From the NCBI GenBank assembly GCA_050694895.1, contig JBOGSE010000383.1, forward strand, positions 1 to 33,733: DNA of 33,733 bases. The letters run 5' to 3'. Source of the DNA: a bacterium. GTDB lineage: Bacteria; Sysuimicrobiota; Sysuimicrobiia; Sysuimicrobiales; Humicultoraceae. Positions within the stretch are counted from its first letter, which is position 1, and each line of letters opens with the position of its first letter. This document shows positions 1 to 7,147 of this stretch, piece by piece. The position numbers were made by a program, and so were the translations under genes. Under the pieces are notes generated by a model that was not told where the DNA came from, made no database searches, and saw only the letters and a program-made list of their open reading frames with translations.

Positions 1-508
1 GCACGACCTCTGCAATGCTGAGCCCGACCGCGGCCATCTCAACCTCCACCATCTCGCTCGTCTTGCTCGTGACTCGTCCGTCCCAACCAGGAAAGATCAT
101 CTCTGGGTGGACGGTTTCGTTGTTGACGACCAGGAGGCCGCGGGCCGATGACTCGCCGCCTTGAGGGAGCGGCATGAAGGCCACGTAGTCATTGTTGTAG
201 CCGAACTGATGGGCCTGCTTCACCCCAGTCTGCACCATTGGATCGAATTCCGGGGCACCCGCCGCAAGCGGGTCCCCCCACCGGAGCAGCACGGTATGCG
301 CATAGCCGGCTGGCACGACCAGCCGGTCTTCTGTGGTACTCGCGACGGGCGCGAAGCCCGCCGTCGGCGCTGCGGCTGCGTGCCGGAACAGTGTAAACGG
401 TCCGGCATAGGATAGGGCCAGACCCGCCCCGGCCGCTTTGAGGAACCCACGCCGGGAGAGCCGGGCTTCAAGGACTGCAGCGAACGTCCGAGCCTTTGTC
501 GTTTTCAT
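1..508 (-). CDS. phoX: PhoX-family (DUF839) alkaline phosphatase, N-terminal 169 codons; the gene runs off the left edge of the window
   Basis: Hand translation of the minus strand from ATG at 508-506 gives MKTTKARTFAAVLEARLSRRGFLKAAGAGLALSYAG...VVPAGYAHTVLLRWGDPL...QFGYNNDYVAFMPL...GLLVVNNE with no stop down to position 1. It carries a twin-arginine signal (SRRGFLK) and N-terminal motifs typical of PhoX. SD GGAGGAGAGA lies just upstream (511-520). It is absent from the ORF track because its stop codon lies outside the window. Confidence 0.75.
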   Translation of the reverse strand, partial: MKTTKARTFAAVLEARLSRRGFLKAAGAGLALSYAGPFTLFRHAAAAPTAGFAPVASTTEDRLVVPAGYAHTVLLRWGDPLAAGAPEFDPMVQTGVKQAHQFGYNNDYVAFMPLPQGGESSARGLLVVNNETVHPEMIFPGWDGRVTSKTSEMVEVEMAAVGLSIAEVV

Positions 509-648
509 AATCTCTCCTCCCCCAGTCCTTTTCTCCGCGGTGCGGACGCGCCCTGCAGCCCAGGTGGCGGGTGAGGCAGGTCCGCCCATCACACAGCCGG
601 CGATGCGGATACTTGCGCGAATTCTCACTCGGAGCGAGTAGATCTTGG

Positions 649-1119
649 TCAGCGCAGCTCTCGCCAGTCCGGTGAGACGCGTACGGCCACAACTTGACCG
701 CGCGCGCACTCCTCGTCCCTGGCCCACAGCGAGCACAGCACGACGCTTTTGCGGTCGGTGGTCTCTTTGATTCGGGCGCGGAGGGTCACGTCGGCATCAA
801 TCGGCGTCGGCCGCAGATAGGACACCTGCAGCGTCCCTGTCGCGTACCAGATGAGCGGCTCGCTGTCCAGAGGCCGACCTTCGCGGCGATAGGCGTCGGC
901 GATGGCCGTGCAGACGCTGTGGCAATCGATGATCGTGGCAATGATCCCACCGTTGAGGATGCCCTGGGGCCCGGCCATGTGCGCGGGGTCCGGCCGCCAG
1001 GTGCATACCGCTTCGTCGCCCGACCAGTAGCTCTTGATGTGCAGGCCGTGCGGGTTCAGGCTACCGCACCCGAAGCAGTAATTTCCGACGAAGGCATCCT
1101 GAAAAGCGCGCCGTTCCAT
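649..1119 (-). CDS. Hotdog-fold (PaaI-like) thioesterase, 156 aa
   Basis: This is the internal ATG of ORF 649..1374. The product MERRAFQDAFVGNYCFGCGSLNPHGL...GILNGGIIATIIDCHSV... looks like a PaaI/4HBT hotdog fold. SD GGGGAGA is upstream. The start lies 8 nt after the stop of the upstream gene (1127). The 85-aa N-terminal extension in the track is Arg/Pro-rich and looks like junk. Confidence 0.7.
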   Translation of the reverse strand: MERRAFQDAFVGNYCFGCGSLNPHGLHIKSYWSGDEAVCTWRPDPAHMAGPQGILNGGIIATIIDCHSVCTAIADAYRREGRPLDSEPLIWYATGTLQVSYLRPTPIDADVTLRARIKETTDRKSVVLCSLWARDEECARGQVVAVRVSPDWRELR

Positions 1120-1126
1120 CTCTCCC

Positions 1127-1954
1127 CTACCCCGGCGTGTGGCTTGCGGGCGGCGCGGTGACCGCGCGCAGGTGCTGCGCGGTGAGCCTGGCCGCCTCAT
1201 GTGGATCGGGATACGGCATGATCTCGGCGGAGAGGAACCCACCGTACCCAATATCGCGAAGGACGCCGACCAGACGCCGGAGGTCGAGGTGGCCCAGGCC
1301 GGGAGCACGGCGGTTGCTGTCGGCCACGTGCACGTGCCACAGGCGCGGGCCTGCCCGGGTGAGCGCCCCTTCAAGAGTCGCCTCTTCGATGTTCATGTGG
1401 AACGTATCCGCCACAACGCCCAGGTGTGAAGCGCCGCAGGCATCGATGAGGTCGAGCGTCTCGCCGACGTTGACGAGAAAATCGGTCTCGTAGCGGTTGA
1501 CCGGCTCAATGACAAGGCGAACGCCGGCGTCATTCGCAGCATCCAGCACCGGGCGCAACCCCTCAAGGAACCTCGCGGTCGTGGCCGCTCTGCCGCCCTC
1601 AAGCCGGCCGCGGATCAGGCCGATGATCACCAGGGCGCGCAGGCGCGCCGCCAGGCGCAGGTGGCCAAGTAGCCGCTCGCTTGCCGCGCGTCGCACCGTG
1701 CCCACCGCGCTGGACAGCGACAGCCCATCGCGCAGGTAGGCCTGACCGGTGCCGATCGCAGGGACAATTAGGCCGGCCTGCCGGACAACCGCCTCAACCC
1801 GACCCACGTCGAGTGCGGCGGGATCGCGGATCGCGAGCTCGATGCCATCGAACCCCAGCGCCGCCAGGCGTGTGGACGCGTCCTCCCAGCCGCCGCGAAT
1901 CGCCACGGCGTCGAACGCCGTCTGTTCGACGGAGACGACAAAGCTGAGCTTCAT
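1127..1954 (-). CDS. Sugar phosphate isomerase/epimerase (xylose-isomerase-like TIM barrel, AP_endonuc_2 family)
   Basis: 275-aa ORF. Motifs ...GFDGIELA..., VIEPVNRYETDFL, HVHVADSNRRAPGLGHLD are typical of the family. The ATG overlaps the stop of the upstream small ORF (ATGA at 1951-1954). Confidence 0.8.
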   Translation of the reverse strand: MKLSFVVSVEQTAFDAVAIRGGWEDASTRLAALGFDGIELAIRDPAALDVGRVEAVVRQAGLIVPAIGTGQAYLRDGLSLSSAVGTVRRAASERLLGHLRLAARLRALVIIGLIRGRLEGGRAATTARFLEGLRPVLDAANDAGVRLVIEPVNRYETDFLVNVGETLDLIDACGASHLGVVADTFHMNIEEATLEGALTRAGPRLWHVHVADSNRRAPGLGHLDLRRLVGVLRDIGYGGFLSAEIMPYPDPHEAARLTAQHLRAVTAPPASHTPG

Positions 1955-2172
1955 GAATCGCCCGATCTGCGCTTCTGTTTACTTCGCGGTTGGGCGCCTC
2001 TTAGCGCCTTCAGCGCTGTTGCTGCGAGAATGGGTGCCAGCTGATGCGCCAGCTCCAGTGTGCCCTGCACCTCTTCTTCCGACACGGCGTAGACTGTGCC
2101 GTAGGTCACCTGATGTTCTTCAGCAGTCGCCCGATATCTCGGCGCCGCATGGCAACCCGCTGCAGCTTTGAC
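1951..2172 (-). pseudogene. Possible HEPN-domain C-terminal relic (73 codons stop-to-stop, no good start codon)
   Basis: Hand translation immediately after the TAG of the upstream NTase gene, in the same frame, gives VKAAAGCHAAPRYRATAEEHQVTYGTVYAVSEEEVQGTLELAHQLAPILAATALKALRGAQPRSKQKRRSGDS*. The '..RY..(10-15 aa)..seeE....leLA..l' pattern resembles the last helices of PF05168-type HEPN proteins, which normally follow MNT genes. The N-terminal two-thirds of a HEPN domain is missing. This rests on weak recognition by eye only. Confidence 0.3.
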
Positions 2173-2805
2173 CTAAGCTCTGCGAAGAGATCGCTCATTG
2201 CCCACCAGAAGAATCCTGTGCGACCGCAAGAGCTCGTCTATGAAAGCCTCGCCCGCCTTACGCCGTTGGCGCCACTCCTCAGGCCCCATCAAGACGAGGT
2301 TGATCTCGCGCCCCAGGCGCCTCTCAGCTTCGCGCAGCGCGGCCGCTAGTTTCGTCTGGTCGGGCTTGCCGAGCACAAACAGGTCGATGTCGGACGTCGG
2401 GCGCTCGTCACCTTTGGCGACAGAGCCGAAGATGAACGCCGTCTCAACGCCGGAGGCCTCCTGTATCGCCTCGCGCAAGATGTCCCCTAGCCCAGCGGTC
2501 TTGTAGACCAATTGCTTGAGCTCTGGGAAGAGCGGGTGCCGACCATTGATGCGGTAGTATCGCTCCCGTCCTTCGCGCCGTGCAGTAAGTATGCCCAGCC
2601 GTTCCAACCGGCGCAGTTCGTACCGCAACGTCGATTCTGCCAACTCGGTCATCGTCGTCAGACGCTGCGCGTAAAACTCCTGGTTGGGGTGAGTCACGAA
2701 AATCGTGAGAAGCCGCGCACGGCTCTTTGATCCGACCAACCCTTGCAGTACGGGAAGCCCCGCGTTTTGCACTTGGGGGGACCGACTTGGAGACACTGAT
2801 CCCAT
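2173..2805 (-). CDS. Winged-helix (ArsR-like) DNA-binding domain fused to an MNT-type nucleotidyltransferase domain, 210 aa
   Basis: The N-terminal part (SRARLLTIFVTHPNQEFYAQRLTTMTELAESTLRYELRRLERLGIL...RYYRIN) reads as a wHTH. The central FIFGSVAKGDERPTSDIDLFVLG is an intact hG[GS]x10DhDh NTase motif. The SD-to-ATG spacing is short (GGAGGAT-ATG), so the start is slightly uncertain. Confidence 0.8.
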   Translation of the reverse strand: MGSVSPSRSPQVQNAGLPVLQGLVGSKSRARLLTIFVTHPNQEFYAQRLTTMTELAESTLRYELRRLERLGILTARREGRERYYRINGRHPLFPELKQLVYKTAGLGDILREAIQEASGVETAFIFGSVAKGDERPTSDIDLFVLGKPDQTKLAAALREAERRLGREINLVLMGPEEWRQRRKAGEAFIDELLRSHRILLVGNERSLRRA

Positions 2806-2822
2806 ATCCTCCAGATCCCGCG

Positions 2823-2904
2823 ATAATTTCGCGGCAATCCTCGAAATTATAACGGATTCTTAGATCCGGCTACAATACCGCGGAAATCCTCGAAATTCTA
2901 GCGG
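2823..2904 (-). promoter_or_regulatory. Promoter/operator region of the wHTH-NTase gene: tandem 25-bp direct repeats, each carrying a -10-like hexamer, plus a perfect 9-bp inverted repeat
   Basis: This is an AT-rich island in a GC-rich genome. The direct repeats are GCGGCAATCCTCGAAATTATAACGG (2831-2855) and GCGGAAATCCTCGAAATTCTAGCGG (2880-2904), 22/25 identical. On the minus strand they contain TATAAT (2846-2851) and TAGAAT (2895-2900). The inverted repeat ATAATTTCG-N10-CGAAATTAT (2823-2831 / 2842-2850) overlaps the perfect TATAAT. Confidence 0.45.
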
Positions 2905-2933
2905 GATAGGCGCGCAATTGAACCGCGGCGTTG

Positions 2934-3899
2934 CTACGGCGGGTACGCCAGAGTGTAGATGCTCTTGCCGCCCTTCGCCGGTCCTTTGAGCACGGGCTCG
3001 AGTTCATCCTTCTCGCGCTCCGTCACGTACTCCATCGGGGGCAGGACGCCCGGCGGAAATGTCTTGAGGATATCCGTGACGAGCTTTTCCAGGTAGTCCA
3101 GCAACGCTTCGACGCCGGGGAGGGCCTTCTGTGCCTCAGCCAGCGTTGGCTTTCCGACAACGCCTTCGATATACGCCTTAACCTCGATAGGCCCGGCCCC
3201 GACGTGGCCGTACCAGTTGATGGGCCGGCGCAGCAGGTTGCCGGCGCGGTCGATGTGGCCTTCGGGGAGGAAGCCGAACGGATTGTTGTCGACTGCCCAC
3301 TCCTGCTTCATCAACTCGGGAAACAACGCCAGGCACCAGGAGGTTTCGGCCTCATCCGCGTGGATGAATGGCGTCTCGTACGGGCCGCCCTGGGCCTTCA
3401 ACTTGAAGTGGTCGGGCACGGCGTGGTACCAGTTGAGGTTCACGATCAACGCGGGCACGCGATAGCGTTTGCCGAACTGGTGAATGGCGACAGGAATGAC
3501 AAATTCCTGGCCGTGACCGTTCAAGAGAATCTGCTTGCGAAACCCCATATTCCAGAAGCCGGCGATCATCGCGCGCAGAAATCCACAAAAGACATCCTCA
3601 GGAATCACTACGGTGCCGGGCATGCCGAGATGGTGGTACGGGTGCGAGCCGAACCACAGCGGCTCCGAGATCGTGCAGCCCGTGCGCTCGGCGACCGCCT
3701 CCGCCATCCGAGTGACCAGGAAGATATCCTCGCCGATCGGCGCGTTGGGGCCGTGGGCTTCGGTCGCGCCCAGCGGGACAATGAGGACATCGTTCCTGGC
3801 CAGGCGCTCTTCGATATCGCGCATCGTCATCGTCTGCAGATAGACCCCGGTGCGCTTCTCCATGTGGCCGCCTTTCGGCGGAAGCTGCCACTTGCTCAT
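2934..3899 (-). CDS. Creatininase-superfamily metal-dependent hydrolase, 321 aa
   Basis: This is the internal ATG of ORF 2934..4022 (MSKWQLPP...). The ATG overlaps the stop of the ABC ATPase gene (ATGA at 3896-3899). Motifs LIVPLGATEAHGPNAPIGED, LLNGHGQE and HADEAETS match the creatininase fold metal-ligand pattern. Confidence 0.8.
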   Translation of the reverse strand: MSKWQLPPKGGHMEKRTGVYLQTMTMRDIEERLARNDVLIVPLGATEAHGPNAPIGEDIFLVTRMAEAVAERTGCTISEPLWFGSHPYHHLGMPGTVVIPEDVFCGFLRAMIAGFWNMGFRKQILLNGHGQEFVIPVAIHQFGKRYRVPALIVNLNWYHAVPDHFKLKAQGGPYETPFIHADEAETSWCLALFPELMKQEWAVDNNPFGFLPEGHIDRAGNLLRRPINWYGHVGAGPIEVKAYIEGVVGKPTLAEAQKALPGVEALLDYLEKLVTDILKTFPPGVLPPMEYVTEREKDELEPVLKGPAKGGKSIYTLAYPP

Positions 3900-4987
3900 T
3901 CCTGACCCTCCTGATGGGGTGTGACGTGATCCGCGAGCACGTGCATGCGGTCCGGCGAGAGCGCCAGAAAAACATCGCCGGCGAACATCCGTTCGCCAGG
4001 GGCCGGTTGATCCACGATCCACTCCATTCCAAGTGCATCGACCCAGTACCGCGCCAGGCCACCGAGAAAGGCGCTGGTCTTGACCCGTCCACGCAGTTCG
4101 GGCCGGTCTCCATCGGGCGCCGTCTGAGCGCTCAGCGAGATCGTCTCGGGCCTGACGACGAGGGTCGCCGGGCCGATCACCGCGGCGCCGGGTACGGCGA
4201 GAGTCACATCGCCCAGGCGCACCTGGCCCGGTGCAAGGACCTCCACCGGCGCGAAATTCGCCAGCCCTACGAAGTCGGCCACGAAGCGGTCGGCGGGAGT
4301 GTAATAGATCTCGCGGGGGGCGCCCACCTGGACGATGCGCCCGTGGTTCATCACCGCGATGCGGTCGGAGATCGAGAGCGCTTCCTCCTGGTCGTGCGTG
4401 ACGTAGATCGTGGTCTTACCCAGCGTCTGCTGGAGCGAGCGAATCTCGGTCCGCACCCGGACCCGCAGCTTGGCGTCGAGGTTGCTGAGCGGCTCGTCGA
4501 GCAGCAGCACCTCCGGCTCGACGACAAGCGCCCGTGCCAGGGCGACACGCTGCTGCTGGCCGCCGGAAAGCTGCATGGGGAACTTGTCTTCCTGCCCCGA
4601 CAGGCCCACCAGTTCGACAACGGCATGAATCCGCCGGCGGGCGTCGGCGGCCGGCACGCCACGCATGCGCAGCCCGTAGCCGACGTTCTCGCGGACCGTC
4701 ATGTGCGGGAAGAGCGCGTACTCCTGAAAGACCATCGCGGTATTGCGGCGGTGGGCCGGGATGGTCGTGACGGGAACATCGCGGACGAAGATCTCGCCGT
4801 CATCGGGATGGTAGAATCCCGCGATCATTCGCAGGGTCGTCGTCTTCCCGCATCCGGAGGGGCCGAGGAGGGTAACGAAAGCCCCCTCCGGCACGTCCAG
4901 TGAGACATTGTCAACCGCCAGCGTGGCGCCCAGACGTTTGGAAACGTTCTCGAGCCTGACGTGAGGTTCAGCGTTGGGTCGAGTCAT
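3896..4987 (-). CDS. ABC transporter ATP-binding protein (PotA/FbpC/AfuC-like, with a C-terminal regulatory/TOBE-like extension), 363 aa
   Basis: Walker A GPSGCGKTT, signature LSGGQQQRVALARAL, Walker B LLLDEPLS, H-loop VTHD, followed by a ~120-aa C-terminal domain. Confidence 0.9.
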   Translation of the reverse strand: MTRPNAEPHVRLENVSKRLGATLAVDNVSLDVPEGAFVTLLGPSGCGKTTTLRMIAGFYHPDDGEIFVRDVPVTTIPAHRRNTAMVFQEYALFPHMTVRENVGYGLRMRGVPAADARRRIHAVVELVGLSGQEDKFPMQLSGGQQQRVALARALVVEPEVLLLDEPLSNLDAKLRVRVRTEIRSLQQTLGKTTIYVTHDQEEALSISDRIAVMNHGRIVQVGAPREIYYTPADRFVADFVGLANFAPVEVLAPGQVRLGDVTLAVPGAAVIGPATLVVRPETISLSAQTAPDGDRPELRGRVKTSAFLGGLARYWVDALGMEWIVDQPAPGERMFAGDVFLALSPDRMHVLADHVTPHQEGQE

Positions 4988-5690
4988 GCCGCCACGTGGG
5001 GTTCTGGGGGTCCGCGACCGTTCCCTCCGAGACTAGCCCCGTGAGGATTTCCAGCGTCACCCCCTCGAGGGAGGTGACGACGAGATCGGCCCGGTCAAGA
5101 TCGTGATGCCGGGTGAACACGTTAGGCACGGCAATACACCTCAGGCCTGCCGCCTTGGCGGCGGCGACACCGGGGTGTGAATCTTCGAGGGCCACGCACC
5201 GGTGTGCCTCAACCCCAAGGCGAGAAACCGCGGCGAGGAAGATGTCGGGAGCGGGTTTTGCGCGGGTTACGTCGTCGCGCGTGATGATGGCGTCGAACGC
5301 GTCGCGGAGCTCCAGGCGTTCAACGATCTCGAACACGTAAGCACCGTCGGAGTTTGACGCCAGCCCCCGCAAGACGCCCGCCAGTCTCAGTTGATCGATC
5401 AGGTTCCTGACGCCCGGGGCCGGCGTCAGGTAATCCTTAAGGAGAGAAGCGTGACGCCGGCGGCGCGACTCGCCCTCGGCAGCGACGTCGACGTTTCGTT
5501 TGCGCAGCGGCGCATAGAGATCAATGTCACGCCGTCCCACCACGGCCGCCCAGTCTCGGACCGTCAGGTCCAGCCCGTGGCGAGCGTAGACCTCTTTCCA
5601 GCTCAAATAGTCAGGTGTCTCGGAATCGAGGATGAGGCCGTCGAGGTCGAAGATGACCGCCTGCAGACCTCCGGCATGCTGCTCGGTCAT
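4968..5690 (-). CDS. HAD-IA family phosphatase (beta-phosphoglucomutase/CbbY-like), 240 aa
   Basis: Motif I VIFDLDGLILDSE, motif II ASNS, motif III/IV K...EDSHPGVAAAKAAG. It overlaps the ATPase gene by 20 nt. No clear SD is present. Confidence 0.85.
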   Translation of the reverse strand: MTEQHAGGLQAVIFDLDGLILDSETPDYLSWKEVYARHGLDLTVRDWAAVVGRRDIDLYAPLRKRNVDVAAEGESRRRRHASLLKDYLTPAPGVRNLIDQLRLAGVLRGLASNSDGAYVFEIVERLELRDAFDAIITRDDVTRAKPAPDIFLAAVSRLGVEAHRCVALEDSHPGVAAAKAAGLRCIAVPNVFTRHHDLDRADLVVTSLEGVTLEILTGLVSEGTVADPQNPTWRHDSTQR

Positions 5691-5742
5691 GTGCGCCAGG
5701 TGAGACCACGGAAGACTCGTGTCAACGCGTCAGCGGGGCCGT

Positions 5743-7050
5743 CTATCTGCGGGAACGGACGCGGGCACGGTACGACGTACGGCGTTCACGCACCATAGCG
5801 CGCTCTTCGGCGCCAAGCCTCCAGAGACCGCTCAAGGGCAGCGCATACATTCCCGAACCGAAAGGGACAACCTCACGTCCGAGGTAAAGCGTGATTCCAC
5901 GGATAAACCTCTTGCCGGCGGCCTCTGCCAAGGCACGGAGGCCTCGGAAGTCATGGGCTGTGACGGACGATGCGGCCTTGACTTCAATGCCAACTACGCG
6001 TCCGGATCCATCTTCCAGCACGATATCAACCTCAGACTCGCCTTTGCCCGTCCTGAAGTGAAGCATCTGCGGTCGGACACGGGACCAGCCGTTCTGCTTG
6101 CTGAGCTCTCCAATCACAAATGTCTCAAGCAGTGCTCCCCACATCTCTGGAGCCTCAAGAAGTCCCCTGCCGTCGACACCGACGAGGTGCGCGGCAAGGC
6201 CCGTGTCCGTGACACTAAGCTTTGGCGCGCGCGCCAGACGCCTCCGGATGTTGGCACCCCATGCTGGCACGAGGAGGAGGAGGAACATGGTCTGCAACAG
6301 GGTCAGGTAGCGCGTTAAGGTGGAGTGTGGGATGCCCAAAGTCCGGGAGAGATCCGCCACGTTCAGGGTGGTCGCAGTTCGCGCTGCGAGTACGCTGAGG
6401 ACGCGTGGAAGTTCGTGCAGCCGCTCGATGCGCTGAATGATGTCTCGGACATCTCGCTGGAGAATCGCAGACACATGCGACTCGAACCAGTCGCGCCGAC
6501 GTGCTGGCGCCCTGGCCAATGCCTCAGGGAAGCCTCCGGCCAGCAGCCGCTCAATCAGTTCATCGCGCCCCACAGGGCTCCGAAGGGCGGGCAAACGATC
6601 AGCCTCGAAGACAACGTCGATGAACCGTTCCTCGATGCCCTCAATCTCACCCTGCGAGAGGGGCCAGAGTGTGAAGACGGCCATGCGACCGGCCAGGGAG
6701 TCAGCGAGGCGCGGCAACCACAACACATTGGCAGACCCTGTAAGAAGGAACCGGCCGGGTCGGCGGTCGCGATCCACAGCAAGCTTGATTGCCAGCGCTA
6801 GCTCAGGCACCCGCTGGACCTCATCGATGACCAGTGGTCCTTTGAATTCATCAACAAAACCCTGTGGGTCCCGCTGCGCCGCGGATAGCATGCCCCCGGC
6901 GTCGAGCGTGACATACTGGGCGGGGTGAGCGTGCGCCGCGATCTCCTGAGCAAGCGTCGTCTTGCCCGTCTGGCGTGCCCCGTGGAGCAGCACAACAGGG
7001 GTATCGCCGAGGGCTTGCAGGACCCGTGGCGTGATATTGCGACCGTACAT
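5743..7050 (-). CDS. AAA+ ATPase (AAA_14-like) with a C-terminal DUF4143 / PD-(D/E)xK-like domain, 435 aa
   Basis: MYGRNITPRVLQALGDTPVVLLHGARQTGKTTLA (Walker A). The C-terminal ...GESEVDIVLEDGSGRVVGIEVKAASSV has a D...E-x-K nuclease-like signature. I chose the start at 7050 because a near-consensus promoter ends 7 nt upstream. The track start at 7086 is a TTG that coincides with the -35 box. Confidence 0.8.
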   Translation of the reverse strand: MYGRNITPRVLQALGDTPVVLLHGARQTGKTTLAQEIAAHAHPAQYVTLDAGGMLSAAQRDPQGFVDEFKGPLVIDEVQRVPELALAIKLAVDRDRRPGRFLLTGSANVLWLPRLADSLAGRMAVFTLWPLSQGEIEGIEERFIDVVFEADRLPALRSPVGRDELIERLLAGGFPEALARAPARRRDWFESHVSAILQRDVRDIIQRIERLHELPRVLSVLAARTATTLNVADLSRTLGIPHSTLTRYLTLLQTMFLLLLVPAWGANIRRRLARAPKLSVTDTGLAAHLVGVDGRGLLEAPEMWGALLETFVIGELSKQNGWSRVRPQMLHFRTGKGESEVDIVLEDGSGRVVGIEVKAASSVTAHDFRGLRALAEAAGKRFIRGITLYLGREVVPFGSGMYALPLSGLWRLGAEERAMVRERRTSYRARVRSRR

Positions 7051-7057
7051 GGAACCT

Positions 7058-7086
7058 ATCATACGAGGTGGGTGGGGAAATTTCAA
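7058..7086 (-). promoter_or_regulatory. Sigma70-like promoter of the DUF4143 gene (TTGAAA-N17-TATGAT), predicted to give a leaderless mRNA
   Basis: The minus strand reads atagTTGAAAtttccccacccacctcgTATGATaggttccATGtacggt. The -35 is at 7086-7081 and the -10 at 7063-7058, followed by 7 nt and then ATG at 7050. There is no SD between the -10 and the ATG. Confidence 0.45.
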
Positions 7087-7090
7087 CTAT

Positions 7091-7120
7091 TAGACGGTCT
7101 AAAATTCCCCAATAGACGGT
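7091..7120. repeat. Two direct copies of TAGACGGT spaced 22 bp apart, immediately upstream of the DUF4143 promoter
   Basis: TAGACGGT occurs at 7091-7098 and 7113-7120, each flanked by A/T-rich bases (ctatTAGACGGTctaaaatt / ccaaTAGACGGTgaattt). They sit in the 61-nt gap between the permease stop and the -35 box. Confidence 0.4.
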
Positions 7121-7147
7121 GAATTTGTAAGGCTGAATGTCCAGAAT

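Noticed and set aside
509-648. Pho box upstream of phoX.
   Set aside because: I looked for direct repeats of the E. coli (CTGTCAT) or actinobacterial (GTTCACC) type. Only loose resemblances were present (cTGTGTGAtgg, CCTCACC). Nothing was convincing by eye.
649-1374. ORF-track N-terminal extensions: 649..1374, 2934..4022, 5743..7086, 12070..13119, 13890..15095, 17301.., 21880..23235, 23016..24257, 29031..30020, 31939...
   Set aside because: The extensions overlap the upstream gene or promoter and are Arg/Pro/Gly-rich. Internal ATG/GTG codons coincide with SD motifs or with ATGA/GTGA stop-start overlaps, and they give family-typical N-termini.
6271-6284. (GAG)n trinucleotide run.
   Set aside because: It lies inside the DUF4143 CDS and encodes a Leu run (MFLLLLVP) on the minus strand. 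It is ordinary coding sequence, not a repeat element.
5739-7120. Terminal inverted repeats (CCGTCTA ... TAGACGGT) marking the DUF4143 gene as a mobile cassette.
   Set aside because: The match is only 7 nt, which is expected by chance several times in 33 kb. No target-site duplication, transposase or integrase is visible. I noted it but did not call a mobile element.
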